A stretch of DNA of 64,000 nt from an uncultured delta proteobacterium (lineage in GTDB: Bacteria > Myxococcota_A > UBA9160 > UBA4427). The stretch lies in the NCBI GenBank assembly GCA_963822965.1, contig CAWGJT010000005.1, forward strand, positions 1,728,001-1,792,000, in the 5' to 3' direction. Of the stretch, positions 30,876-41,263 are shown one piece after another. Within the stretch, counting starts at the first letter, position 1. Each line of letters starts with the position of its first letter. The notes beneath the pieces are model-generated. The model was given only the letters and a program-made list of their open reading frames with translations, did no database searches and was not told where the DNA came from. Made by a program: the position numbers and the translations under genes.

Positions 30876-31438
30876 GCACCGGCTGGACGGAAGCAGGCGA
30901 TTCGAGCGGCTGGACGCGACGGCCTCGCAAGACGCAGCGGCCGCCGCACGTTCCTGGCCCGCTTCGGCACCCTGATCCTCGGCGGCGCCGCGGTGCCCCT
31001 GCTGCCGGTATCCCGAGCCGCCGCGGGCAGGAACTCGCCCCGCATCCCCGCCCCCAACGAGAAGATCGAGGGGCCCCAGGGCGACCAGACGAGCTGCGAC
31101 TACTGGCGCCACTGCGCCATCGACGGCTCGGCCTGCGCGTGCTGCGGCGGCAGCGCCAGCAGCTGCCCCCCCGGCACCGAGCCCGCCCCCGTCACCTGGG
31201 TGGGAACCTGCCGAAACCCCCTCGACGGCAAGGACTACCTCATCTCCTACAACGACTGCTGCGGCAAGACCTTCTGCGGCCGCTGCATGTGCAACCGCAA
31301 CGAAGGCGAGCGCCCCGAATACCACTGGTACCGAAACAACGACATCAACTGGTGCGCCGGAGCCACAGAGCCAGGTCTACCACTGCTCGATCGCGGTCCT
31401 GATCGGCCAGGCCACCGAAGCCCGAGCCGGAGCAGTGA
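30872..31438 (+). CDS. mauA: TTQ amine dehydrogenase small subunit (frameshifted)
   Basis: Tat-like RRTFL; CDYWRHCAIDG..CACCGG...YNDCCGK...NDINWC...YHC. Confidence 0.9.
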
Positions 31439-31859
31439 GGCGCGCGGTGAGAGCGGCGCTCGTCGCGGTGGCCCTGCTCGGCGGCGCGTGCCTGGCGCGC
31501 CGCGCCGCCGCGACGGCGCAGGAGCTGCGACCCCGAGGGAGCACTACCTGCTCCACTGCTCGGGCTGCCACGGGGCCGACGGCCGCGGCGTCCCCGGCGT
31601 CACCCCGACCCTCCACGGCCTGGTCCGTTTCTTGGAGATACCCGGTGGCCGGGAGTACCTCGCGAGTGTCCCCGGCGTCGCCCAGGCCCCGCTGGACGAC
31701 GAGGATCTGGCCGCGCTCCTCAACTGGATCCTGACGGCGTTCTCGCCGGCCCCTACAAGCTACGCCCCCTACCAGACGCACGAGCTGCGCGACCTGCGCG
31801 CGACCCCGCTGCGCGACCCACTCGTGACCCGCGCAACCATAGTTTCATCAAGCAACTGA
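31435..31859 (+). CDS. Monoheme cytochrome c (frameshifted)
   Basis: YLLHCSGCHG, GREYLASVPGVAQAPL. Confidence 0.8.
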
Positions 31860-32009
31860 CGTTCCGCGCGCCCGCGGCCGCGTCCCCACCGAAGACGGTT
31901 TATCGAGCAAGCTCACGCACCGCCGAAAACCACGCGCTCGACTCGGGAACGCATCCGAATCACGACAGATTCCGGGCATCCACGCCGGCCCAACCACCAG
32001 GCTCACGAC

Positions 32010-32085
32010 CGGCTTATGCAGCCAACTCTGGCTCGTTTATCAAGAATTCGGGATAGACTTGGCGCTGGTCAATACATAGTTATGC
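32010..32085 (+). other. Putative integron attI site
   Basis: AT-rich ...AATACATA|GTTATGC (32079-32085); GTTATGCGGCGGA is complementary to the cassette end TCCGCCGCATAAC; no attC arm upstream. Confidence 0.55.
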
Positions 32086-32095
32086 GGCGGAGTCC

Positions 32096-32602
32096 GTGGC
32101 AGAACGTCCGCAGACGAACATGCGAGTTCTTCGGCCTTCGCGTGAGAAGCGCGAGCCCGGAGACGTCTTCGTGTACCAAATGCCAGACGGTCTCTACCGC
32201 GTCGGTCGCCTCGTGGCCCGCAATATTGCAGTCGGCGGGTTCGAGCCGAGTCCAGTTCAGCACCTCGTCTACTTCTATCGCGGTGAGAGCGCCACCAAGG
32301 ATGTCGTTCCGGATCTGGGGAACCTGGATCTCCTTCTTCCTCCCTTGGTCGTCAATCAGAAGCCTTGGACTCTTGGCTACTTCGAGCGGGTAGCCCGCGT
32401 CCCGATAACTGCCGACCAGAAACTACATACGCACTGCTTCCGAGATGCCCTCCGCGGTCGCTACTTCGACGAAACCGGAGCTGAGCTTGCATCCGCAAGC
32501 GAGCCTTGCGGAGAATGGGCGCTCCAGAGCTATCGAACCGTCGATGACGCCCTAAGTTCGGCACTCGGCTTCGATCCGATCCCAAACGAGTCCGCCGCAT
32601 AA
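32096..32602 (+). CDS. Imm26-like immunity protein, gene cassette 1
   Basis: KREPGDVF...YRVGR...PPLVVNQKPWTLGYFERV; stop codon lies within the attC R'' box. Confidence 0.7.
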   Translation: MAERPQTNMRVLRPSREKREPGDVFVYQMPDGLYRVGRLVARNIAVGGFEPSPVQHLVYFYRGESATKDVVPDLGNLDLLLPPLVVNQKPWTLGYFERVARVPITADQKLHTHCFRDALRGRYFDETGAELASASEPCGEWALQSYRTVDDALSSALGFDPIPNESAA

Positions 32603-32726
32603 CAAGGCGTTGCAGCGGGCGTGCTCGGGCTGAGCTGTTCTGGGGCGTGTTAGAATTGAGCCCGTCCCAGGTGTTCACGAGGCTGCTCGGCAGGTCGCCG
32701 CACGCCGCTGAACGCCGATCCGTTAG
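32597..32726 (+). other. attC site (interrupted by IS at R')
   Basis: R'' GCATAAC, L'' GTTGCAGCGG, L' CCGCTGAAC, R' GTTAG; extrahelical G. Confidence 0.9.
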
Positions 32727-32810
32727 AGCCTATGAGCGATGGGCTCCGGAACGCAGAAGGCCGCTGCCGTTAACCTCCTTTGTGAACTTCAAACACACTG
32801 GAGGGACACC

Positions 32811-33986
32811 TTGTCCAAGAAAACGGCAGCGACCTCGACAGTCGAGATTACCGCAGCGACCCCGACTCTGATGCTGGCCCTCGAGCTGGGCGAAGAGAAG
32901 TGGAAGGTCGGGTTCAGCTCGGCGTTCGGGCAGACCCCGCTCGTGCGGAACCTCGCATCGCGAGACCGGCAGGGTCTCCGGGTACAGATCGCGTGGGCGC
33001 GCAAGAAGCTCGGCTTGCCCGCCGACGCTCGGATCGTGAGCTGCTACGAGGCCGGGCGCGACGGCTTCTGGCTGCACCGCTGGCTCGAGTCGGAAGGCGT
33101 CGAGAGCCTGGTGATCGACTCGGCCAGCATCGAGAGGCCGCAGAAGCGGCGACGCGCGAAGACGGACCGGCTGGATCTGGCGGCGCTGTGTGATCTGTTG
33201 GCGCGGCACCTGGCCGGGAGCGCGAAGCCGGTCTTCAGCGTGGTGCGGGTTCCCTCGGTGGCGGAGGAGGACCGACGACACCTGCACCGCGAGCTCCGAA
33301 GCGCCAAGGCAGATCGGACCCGCGTGAGCAACCGGATCAAGAGCCTGCTCGCGAACCACGGGCTCGTGCTCCGAGGCTGGAAGGATCTGTCGGAGCGGCT
33401 CTCGGGCCTGCGGCTGTGGGACGGGAGCGAGCTCCCGCCCGCGTTGGCGGCCCGGTTGCAGCGCTACGCCACCGACTACGCGTACTTCACGACCCGGATC
33501 CGAGCGCTCGAGGCGGAGCGCCGGCATCAGCTGCAGGAGAAGGAGCCCGAGGATCTCGCCGTGGCCAAGGCGCAGCAGCTGTTCACGTTGCGGGGGGTGG
33601 GGGTGAACACGGCGTGGTTGTACAGCATGGAGTTCTTCGGCTGGCGGACCTTCCGGAGCGGCAAGGAGGTGGGATCGCTGGCCGGTCTCACTCCGACGCC
33701 GCAGGACAGCGGCAAGCGGTTCCGGGAGCAGGGGATCGGGAAGGATGGGAGTCGTCACATCCGGGGCAGTGCCATCGAGCTGGCGTGGTCGTGGCTGCGG
33801 TTCCAGCCAGAGAGCGCGCTGTCGAAGTGGTACGAGCGCCGCTTCGGGTCCGGCAGCCCGCGGATCCGGAAGATCGGGATCGTGGCGCTGGCGCGGAAGC
33901 TCCTGGTGGCGCTGTGGCGGTTCGTGGAGACGGGGGTGTTGCCGGAGGGGGCGGAGCTGAAGACGGATCTGCGGGTGCGGTGGTAG
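32811..33986 (+). CDS. IS110-family transposase/recombinase
   Basis: LALELGEEKW, CYEAGRDGFWL, AKTDRLD, GLTPTPQDSG, VALARKLL. Confidence 0.95.
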   Translation: MSKKTAATSTVEITAATPTLMLALELGEEKWKVGFSSAFGQTPLVRNLASRDRQGLRVQIAWARKKLGLPADARIVSCYEAGRDGFWLHRWLESEGVESLVIDSASIERPQKRRRAKTDRLDLAALCDLLARHLAGSAKPVFSVVRVPSVAEEDRRHLHRELRSAKADRTRVSNRIKSLLANHGLVLRGWKDLSERLSGLRLWDGSELPPALAARLQRYATDYAYFTTRIRALEAERRHQLQEKEPEDLAVAKAQQLFTLRGVGVNTAWLYSMEFFGWRTFRSGKEVGSLAGLTPTPQDSGKRFREQGIGKDGSRHIRGSAIELAWSWLRFQPESALSKWYERRFGSGSPRIRKIGIVALARKLLVALWRFVETGVLPEGAELKTDLRVRW

Positions 33987-33989
33987 ATC

Positions 33990-34340
33990 GGCTCGTTCTC
34001 TGGGGCCGTGCCTGAGGCCCGCGGCCTGACGGCCGCGGGGCGGAAGAGGCTTTCGAGGGGAAGAGGGGAGATCGAATCCGAGCTGGGAGCGGGTGGCTCG
34101 TTACGCCGCCGGGTGTCGAGCAATCGGCGCCGCCCGTTAGATGGGGCTGCCCGCGCCGAGGCTTCACAGTTCGCGCTCGCGCGCACACGGGCTCTTGTGC
34201 TCGAGGCGGGGTCCTCGGCACGGATAGAAGGTGGTTCGGCGTGGTCCGGACGTCGCCCGGAAGCCGCCAGGTCGTCGGATGAGAGGCTACCCCGGGGAGT
34301 GTGGGCCATGTAGAATCGAACAGCGTCGGCCGCGGGGGTT
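33990..34340 (+). ncRNA. Putative bridge/seek RNA
   Basis: Contains target-matching CCGTTAG (34134-34140) and IS-end-matching ATAGAAG (34224-34230) and AGGCT (34284-34288). Confidence 0.7.
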
Positions 34341-34372
34341 GACGGAATGGCCAACATAGAAGGCAGGCGAGC

Positions 34373-34681
34373 ATGCGCTGGCCCGAATCATTGACTGAGT
34401 TGGGTGTATGGGCGTGGGGCGGTGTCACCGTCGCTCTAGCCCTCACGATCGTCTTGCTCCTCGTAATCTCGACGGCCTGCGCTGAGCCTGGCGCTACCGA
34501 CGCCGTCAGGTTCGAAGGCTGGGGCCGGGTCTACATCGCGATTCGCGATCACGGGTCTCTCCTTGGCGTGCTTGTCGGCTTCAGCGCACTAGCTTGGTCT
34601 CACTTCTATCAGTACTACGCGAATGCGGGGCCAAGCGAGTCGGTTCGGTCGGCTGAACGAGCTGACTCGCCGGCTGCCTAA
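34373..34681 (+). CDS. Small 2-TM hypothetical protein, gene cassette 2
   Basis: Flanked by restored GTTAGGC and complementary R'' GCCTAAC (34676-34682). Confidence 0.7.
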   Translation: MRWPESLTELGVWAWGGVTVALALTIVLLLVISTACAEPGATDAVRFEGWGRVYIAIRDHGSLLGVLVGFSALAWSHFYQYYANAGPSESVRSAERADSPAA

Positions 34682-34685
34682 CAAG

Positions 34686-35062
34686 ATGGGATGAGAATGC
34701 CAGCCTCCTGCAGCGCAGTACCGTAAGGTCTGCAAGGCAAAATGCGAGCTCGCCAAGGCGGCTCAAACAGGAGGCTGGCATGGATGATCGTGTCATCGAG
34801 GGTGCGTTTCTGACGATCCGGATCGATCTGGAAGATCGCTGGAGCGAGGGGCGCGTGCTCGACGGATCGGGTGAGTTGATCGAGGCGTTCCGAGTCCGGA
34901 CGACGGAGCCTGCGATGGACAAGCAGCTGTCTCGCTACCCGCGGTAGCCGCGTGGTGCTCGAGGTGGGGACGCATTCACCCTGGGTGAGTCGATGTGTGA
35001 CGAAGCACGGTCATGAAGGTGTCGTGGCGAACCCTCGGCGCGTGCGACTGATCGCGGAGAAT
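34686..35062 (+). mobile_element. Second IS110-family remnant (left end + truncated DEDD domain)
   Basis: Hairpin ATGCCAGCCTCCTG/CAGGAGGCTGGCAT; IRIDL..WS...VVLEVGTHSPWVSR...VANPRRVRLIA with internal TAG. Confidence 0.75.
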
Positions 35063-35145
35063 GCTGAGGAACAACCTCTACCGCTGCTCGAATCGAGGCC
35101 GAGTCGAGCGTTCGAAGGTCGAAGCCTGAGAGTCGCGCTAGAGGG

Positions 35146-35277
35146 CACATGAAAAAGCTGATGGCGGCGAATGACATACCGACACACGAACGGTACAACA
35201 TTTGGTAGCCTCTCGTCGAGCCCAGCGGCTTCGGCGTACTGGTCACTCGGGTCGGCTGCAGCTGAACTCCGTTGGGT
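35146..35277 (+). other. Degenerate attC (3' arm)
   Basis: GCTGCAGCTGAAC-TCC-GTTGGGT just before the next ORF; 5' arm unclear, spacer short. Confidence 0.45.
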
Positions 35278-35292
35278 GGCATGGAGGAGCAT

Positions 35293-35997
35293 ATGGCGAT
35301 CATCCAAGAAGTTCGAGACGCGATTGCCGCAGTCGCAGACAATGTCGAGCATATTCGTACGATTTCTGAGGCTGTAACGAACGGCAAGGACTACTTGAAG
35401 ACGACTCATTCGAGTGTGGCCGGCGACCTCGCCGCAATGTGCGAGGAGATGGGAAAATCGTCACAGGCGCTGGCCGCAGCATCCTCGATCGTCACTCACT
35501 TTCGATTCGTGATAGGTGATGGCCTAGCTGGGGAAGCATCTCGCTTCAACGAGCATCTTGTCAGCCACAAAGCACAAGCGGAAACGGTCGATCGCAGCCT
35601 GACTTCGATGCGAGGGCACTGCAGTGTAATCAAGGATCATGCCGATTCGATCCGTGAGCATGCCGATCCTAAGGGACTAACGTCGATCGCGGCGGCGCTG
35701 GGATTGCACTCGCCCAAGCGCGAGAAAGATCTAGCCGCTGCTCTCCAGGGAATCTACGACGAAGAGATGCAGTACCATGCAGGCGTGTATTCGATGGCGA
35801 ATGCAGTCAAGTCAGCACTCAAGGCCATCCAGGACGCTCTAGGACCTCCTGGCTCCATCAACCCGCAGAACGTACCCAAGGCTGCTGAAGTTTTGGGGGA
35901 GTATGCGACCGCTTTCGCTCGCCTAGAGGCGGACTGCAACTACAACGTGCTCCAGCTGCAGGAGTCGATTGAAGCGTTGCGAGAACACACCGCCTGA
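35293..35997 (+). CDS. Helical hypothetical protein, probable cassette 3
   Basis: GGAGGAG RBS, lower GC, follows the attC-like site. Confidence 0.75.
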   Translation: MAIIQEVRDAIAAVADNVEHIRTISEAVTNGKDYLKTTHSSVAGDLAAMCEEMGKSSQALAAASSIVTHFRFVIGDGLAGEASRFNEHLVSHKAQAETVDRSLTSMRGHCSVIKDHADSIREHADPKGLTSIAAALGLHSPKREKDLAAALQGIYDEEMQYHAGVYSMANAVKSALKAIQDALGPPGSINPQNVPKAAEVLGEYATAFARLEADCNYNVLQLQESIEALREHTA

Positions 35998-36302
35998 CAC
36001 AGGCAAGGTCCGCCTCGCGAGCGAGGTAATCGAAACGACGAACGACCTAGGGTCGTGGTCGCGCCGATCGACGACCAACCCACCTTCGTGATCCTTCGAG
36101 GCGGCGCAGGCGCTGCCACAGCGGGTAGCTCAGTGTGTGCTCAGAGGGGCCGCTTCCCGGCGACCGCGAGTCACCCTGCCGCGCCACGCCACAATTCCGG
36201 CCATCGCCACGCATCCCTGTGAGAGAATCGGCGCAGCCCGGCCGCTCGCGGCCGGGACTTGACCACCCACTCGAGCATGAACGTGACAAAGGGGGAGAGA
36301 CG

Positions 36303-37241
<939 letters not shown>

Positions 37242-37249
37242 GGGGCGCG

Positions 37250-38263
37250 GTGCACACACGCTCGACGCTGCTGCTGGCCGGGGGCGCCGCCGGCTTGCGC
37301 GGCGTTGTGGCTGGTGTTGCAGCCCCTGAGCGGGCGGAACGCACGGACCGGCGCGGGCGGCAGCTCCCGCGCCGGTCTCTCCCGCCCCGCACCCCGGCCA
37401 GGCCGCCCGACCCCGGAGCGCAGGACGCTGTCCCCGGGCGCTTCCCGCTTCGCTCCAGGGCACCGAGCCCGACGGCGCCCTGGTGCTCGACGCCGACGGG
37501 CGCTTCGTGCCCACGCGCGACGCGCTCGATCTCTTCGACTACTACCTCTCGGCCAGCGGCGAGGAGACGGACGAGGAGATCCGCGCGCGCATCGAGGCGG
37601 CGATCCGCGAGCGCCTCGACGACCCCGCGCCCGCCCTCGACGCTGCTGGACCACTACCTGGCCTACCGCGCGAAGGTGCGCGAGCTCTTCGCGGATCCGT
37701 TCACCGCGAGCCTCCCGCTCGAGCGCCGGCTCCAGCGCATTCGCGAGCTGCGGCGCTCGCAGTTCGGCGCCGAGGTCGCCGAGGCGCTCTTCGCCGAGGA
37801 GGAGGCGCGCTGGCGGGTGGACGTCGAGCGGCTGCAGGTGCTGCACGATCCGGCGCTCGACGAGGACGCGCGCGCCGAGAGGCTCGAAGCGCTCGACGCG
37901 CAGCTGCCCGCAACGGTGCGCGAGGCCCGCGCCCTGGCCACCGCCGCGCTCACCCTGCGTCGCGACGAGGCGCACCTGCGCGCCGAAGGTGCCTCGGACG
38001 CCGAGATCGACGCCCTGCGCGAGGCGCGCTTCGGCCCCGAGGCCGCGGCGCGGCTCTCTGCGCTCGACCACCAGCGCGCCGAATGGAACGCGCGGGTGGA
38101 CGCCTACCGCGCCGAGCGCGACCGCGTGATCGCCGAGGAGCCCGACGACCCCGAGGCGCAGGCAGCCGCCATCGACGCCCTGCGCGACGAGCGCTTCTCG
38201 GGCCCGGAACGCCGGCGTATCGAGGCGCTCGATCGGCTGGAGGCGAGAGCGGAGGCGCCGTGA
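37250..38263 (+). CDS. Lipase-specific foldase (frameshifted)
   Basis: DLFDYYLSASGE, LLDHYLAYR, RR..FG.E.AEALF, AAARLSALD; directly after the lipase. Confidence 0.85.
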   Translation: MHTRSTLLLAGGAAGLRGVVAGVAAPERAERTDRRGRQLPRRSLPPRTPARPPDPGAQDAVPGRFPLRSRAPSPTAPWCSTPTGASCPRATRSISSTTTSRPAARRRTRRSARASRRRSASASTTPRPPSTLLDHYLAYRAKVRELFADPFTASLPLERRLQRIRELRRSQFGAEVAEALFAEEEARWRVDVERLQVLHDPALDEDARAERLEALDAQLPATVREARALATAALTLRRDEAHLRAEGASDAEIDALREARFGPEAAARLSALDHQRAEWNARVDAYRAERDRVIAEEPDDPEAQAAAIDALRDERFSGPERRRIEALDRLEARAEAP

Positions 38264-38322
38264 CGCCGAGACGTCGTCCCGGGCGCCGAGCGCTTGGCGT
38301 CGCACGAGTCGGAGCGTCGAGC

Positions 38323-39948
38323 TCAGCGAATTCGCCGGTTCGCAGCCTTTGCGAGAAGCGGGAAGCTTCCCGATCGACAGGCTCCGCCGGAGTCCACCAG
38401 GCGCAGCTCGACTCGCCGATTGACACGCTCCTTGGGATCCTCGTAGCGGCCTTCCGGCACGAAGCCCGATAGCGTCGCTTCGCGAAGCATGATGCCGTGC
38501 TCCTCCAACGTCCATTTCCGTACGGGGATGTCGATCGGCAGACCCTCTCTTGCAACGAGGTCTCGAACGACCTGCGCACGCTCGTTCGCAAGCTCGATGT
38601 TCCTCAGCCTGCTCGCCTCGTCGCACGTATTGTTCAGGCATCCCCTGTCCGCAAACCCGACCAGGTGGACGACGGGGTGGGCCTCTCCCGTGGCGCAACG
38701 CGCCACGTCTCGCAGAATCGGCTCGAGGAGAGCGAGGACGGCGTCTCTCTGGCCTTCGGCGATCTCGGCGGAGTCCTTTTCGAACACCGGAAGCGCCAGG
38801 GCCTGAAATCCGGGCCGATTGATCGAAACGACCGGGATTCCTTCCGACTCCGGCTGCTTCGTCAAGAGAGGCCCCAGGAGCGCTCGCAACGCCGAGCCCT
38901 GATGGTCCAAGACGTCGGCAAGCGACCGAGACGGCTCGGGCTCGCCGAGCATGGCCCATGGCGAGAAGAAGAAGAACACCAGACTGACAGTAAGAAGTCC
39001 GATCGAGAGGACCACGGGAACCCTGGGACCAATCCAGCGCCGTTCCTCATAGCGCGACCTGAGGGCGGCGAAGCGGGCGTCCTTCCCGAGCAGGTGCCGA
39101 GCGCGCTCGGCTTCCGGCGCAGCGAACTCCAGCTGGTCCGGCAACCTGCCAGAAGGTCCATCGTCGATTCCAAAGCTGACGCGCAGGCGCCGGATCTCGG
39201 AATCCGTGAACGTCTCGAAGCGCGACAATGCAGAGAGCCCGGCAGATTGATCGACGGAGCTTCGCTCTCGTTGTACGAGCAGCAGCTGCGCGTTGCACTC
39301 GTCGATCGTCTGATCGAGAATGGCTCTCCGAGCTCGCAGCCGGTCGGGATCCGACGGGGACACATCTGCGGCGGCACCCGCTTGCGATTCCGAATTCGAC
39401 GAGAGTCCCTCCCGCTCCTCGAGAGCCTGGTCCCGCTTCCGAACCAGGGCCTCCTCCTCGCGCTCGTACTCGCGAAGGCGCTCGTTCCGAACGCGGCGGG
39501 CATCTTCCTCGAGAGCCAGGGTCACCCGGCCCTTCAGGATCGGAATTCCCTCCACGAGAGTGAGGCGAAACGAGGAGTAGGCGCTCTTCCAGCGCTCCTC
39601 CCATCGCTCGATGCTGAAGCTCGCGGACCGCCAGAGCTCGATCGACACGTAGCACACGGCCGAGGCAGCCAGGAGGGTTGCCGCGCCGCGTTGTCCTCGA
39701 CTCAGTCTGATGGCCTCGCCGAAGAGGAAGCCGGGCACGAATCCCGTCAGCCCGAACACGGCGAGCCCGGCGGCGAGCTTCAGGGCCACGTCGCGGCGGA
39801 CGTCGACGCTTTCGTCGAGTGAGTCTTCGAGGATCAGCTCAACCGGATCGGACGTCTGACTGGTCTGGCCATCAAGCACGGGATGCTCCAATCCATCTCG
39901 GGGTTTCGGTCGCGGCGGGCACCAGGCGCCTTCACCGACACGACTCAT
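38323..39948 (-). CDS. Membrane protein with coiled coil and C-terminal OmpA/MotB-like domain
   Basis: 3 TM; FEKDSAEI...VHLVGFAD...NIELANERA...NRRVE. Confidence 0.75.
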   Translation of the reverse strand: MSRVGEGAWCPPRPKPRDGLEHPVLDGQTSQTSDPVELILEDSLDESVDVRRDVALKLAAGLAVFGLTGFVPGFLFGEAIRLSRGQRGAATLLAASAVCYVSIELWRSASFSIERWEERWKSAYSSFRLTLVEGIPILKGRVTLALEEDARRVRNERLREYEREEEALVRKRDQALEEREGLSSNSESQAGAAADVSPSDPDRLRARRAILDQTIDECNAQLLLVQRERSSVDQSAGLSALSRFETFTDSEIRRLRVSFGIDDGPSGRLPDQLEFAAPEAERARHLLGKDARFAALRSRYEERRWIGPRVPVVLSIGLLTVSLVFFFFSPWAMLGEPEPSRSLADVLDHQGSALRALLGPLLTKQPESEGIPVVSINRPGFQALALPVFEKDSAEIAEGQRDAVLALLEPILRDVARCATGEAHPVVHLVGFADRGCLNNTCDEASRLRNIELANERAQVVRDLVAREGLPIDIPVRKWTLEEHGIMLREATLSGFVPEGRYEDPKERVNRRVELRLVDSGGACRSGSFPLLAKAANRRIR

Positions 39949-40010
39949 CCTACACCGAAGTGATCATCGCAGTACGTGCTTCCTGCACATCGGACGTCAG
40001 ATTCCGCAGC

Positions 40011-40135
40011 AGTCCACCCGAGTGGACTCGGTATGGAAAATCTCTTCCACAGTCCACTGGAATGGACTGCACCCGGAGAGGGGTGGACGGAACGGAGCTA
40101 CACCGAAGAGCGGCTTCAGTCCACAGGAGTGGAAT
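40011..40135. promoter_or_regulatory. Three palindromic operator-like sites AGTCCAC-N4-(G/A)TGGA(C/A)T
   Basis: 40011-40028, 40051-40068 and 40118-40135, in a divergent intergenic region. Confidence 0.65.
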
Positions 40136-40242
40136 TACACTGAATTCTGTCCAATGTTCGACGAACGCTCTTGCGCCGGCCAATGTTTCGGGCGTAGGTT
40201 GTCGAACGACGAAGCGCGGCGATCCGTCGAAGGAGTGAAGGA

Positions 40243-40626
40243 ATGAGCCAGTTCTGTCAAACCTTCGTGCAATTCTTCAGCGAGCTGAAGGGCCTCTCCA
40301 CTGCCGACCCGCACTGGCTCGCGGTCTTCATCGTGGCGTGCGGTGCGATGGGCGCGCTCGCGATCATCATGGATTGGGCGCACTTTCTCGTCAGCGGAAG
40401 CTCTCTGATGAACGTGGCCCATGGGATCAAGACGACTCCGGTCATCTTCTTCGGATGGACGCTTGGTGCCGTCATCGGTGGATATCTCGGTCAGGTTCTC
40501 GACATCCTGCAGGTGACGATCCTCGCATCGCTCACGGCGGGCGTCGGCTGGCCCCTCATTCTCACGAAGTCGCTCGAACAGGTGAGCAGGAAGGGAATCG
40601 AGCGGCCGGAAGCAGTTCAGAGCTAG
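40243..40626 (+). CDS. Small 3-TM hypothetical protein
   Basis: RBS AAGGA; hydrophobic helices; LTAGVGWP. Confidence 0.75.
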   Translation: MSQFCQTFVQFFSELKGLSTADPHWLAVFIVACGAMGALAIIMDWAHFLVSGSSLMNVAHGIKTTPVIFFGWTLGAVIGGYLGQVLDILQVTILASLTAGVGWPLILTKSLEQVSRKGIERPEAVQS

Positions 40627-40637
40627 GAGATGAATCG

Positions 40638-41081
40638 ATGAGGATTCGCGACTTCTTCGAGGGGCGAGACGAGCTGCTGTCCGAGAAGGAGATCATCGGG
40701 CAGATCCGGGAGGCGCCCGAGTTCGACGCCGCCAGGGAAACCGTCGAGAAAGCCGAGGCCCTCCTGCTCTTCCAGACTTCCAGGCAGCAGACCTGGCTCG
40801 TGAGCACCGAGGAGCGCCTCTACTGTCTCCTCGACGACAAGAGCAAGCGAGAGCCCGAGCTGCGATGGGTCGTCCCCAGAGCCGAGCTCGTCGACGAAGG
40901 GCGCTTCGTTCTTCCGATCCAAACGCGGAACAACAGCGCCAACACCGGGCTCATCGATCTCGGACCCCGGCACGCGAACTGGTACTTCTCGAAGTCCTTG
41001 TTCGACACCGATACGAGGGCCGCGGACGTGAAGGTCGCGAGTGCCGTCGAGCAACTCGTGACGAAGAAGATGCTCCTGTAG
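40638..41081 (+). CDS. Hypothetical soluble protein
   Basis: RBS AGGAGA; LLFQTSRQQTWLV...LYCLLDD...WYFSKSLF. Confidence 0.75.
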   Translation: MRIRDFFEGRDELLSEKEIIGQIREAPEFDAARETVEKAEALLLFQTSRQQTWLVSTEERLYCLLDDKSKREPELRWVVPRAELVDEGRFVLPIQTRNNSANTGLIDLGPRHANWYFSKSLFDTDTRAADVKVASAVEQLVTKKMLL

Positions 41082-41263
41082 TCCGCGCTCCGGCGACCAG
41101 GCCGGGGAGGAATCCGACGAATGTCGACGAAGCGGTGTGGTGCGGGATCTTCGAACCGGCTCTTTCGACCTCGACTCTCGCACTCTCTCCACCTTCTCTC
41201 TTCACCTTTTGCAATCTCTCCACTCTCTTTCGGTTCCCGATCTTCCCAAGGAGTACAGAATTC

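Larger units (their letters stand above)
32727..34362 (+). mobile_element. IS110-family element with 3' non-coding region (IS1111-type layout)
   Basis: Removing 32727-34362 restores GTTAGGC; short subterminal CTATG/CATAG inverted repeat; no target duplication beyond the AG core. Confidence 0.85.

Noticed and set aside
40011..40135. Mini-CRISPR
   Set aside because: 18-bp dyads with variable centres and irregular spacing fit operators better.
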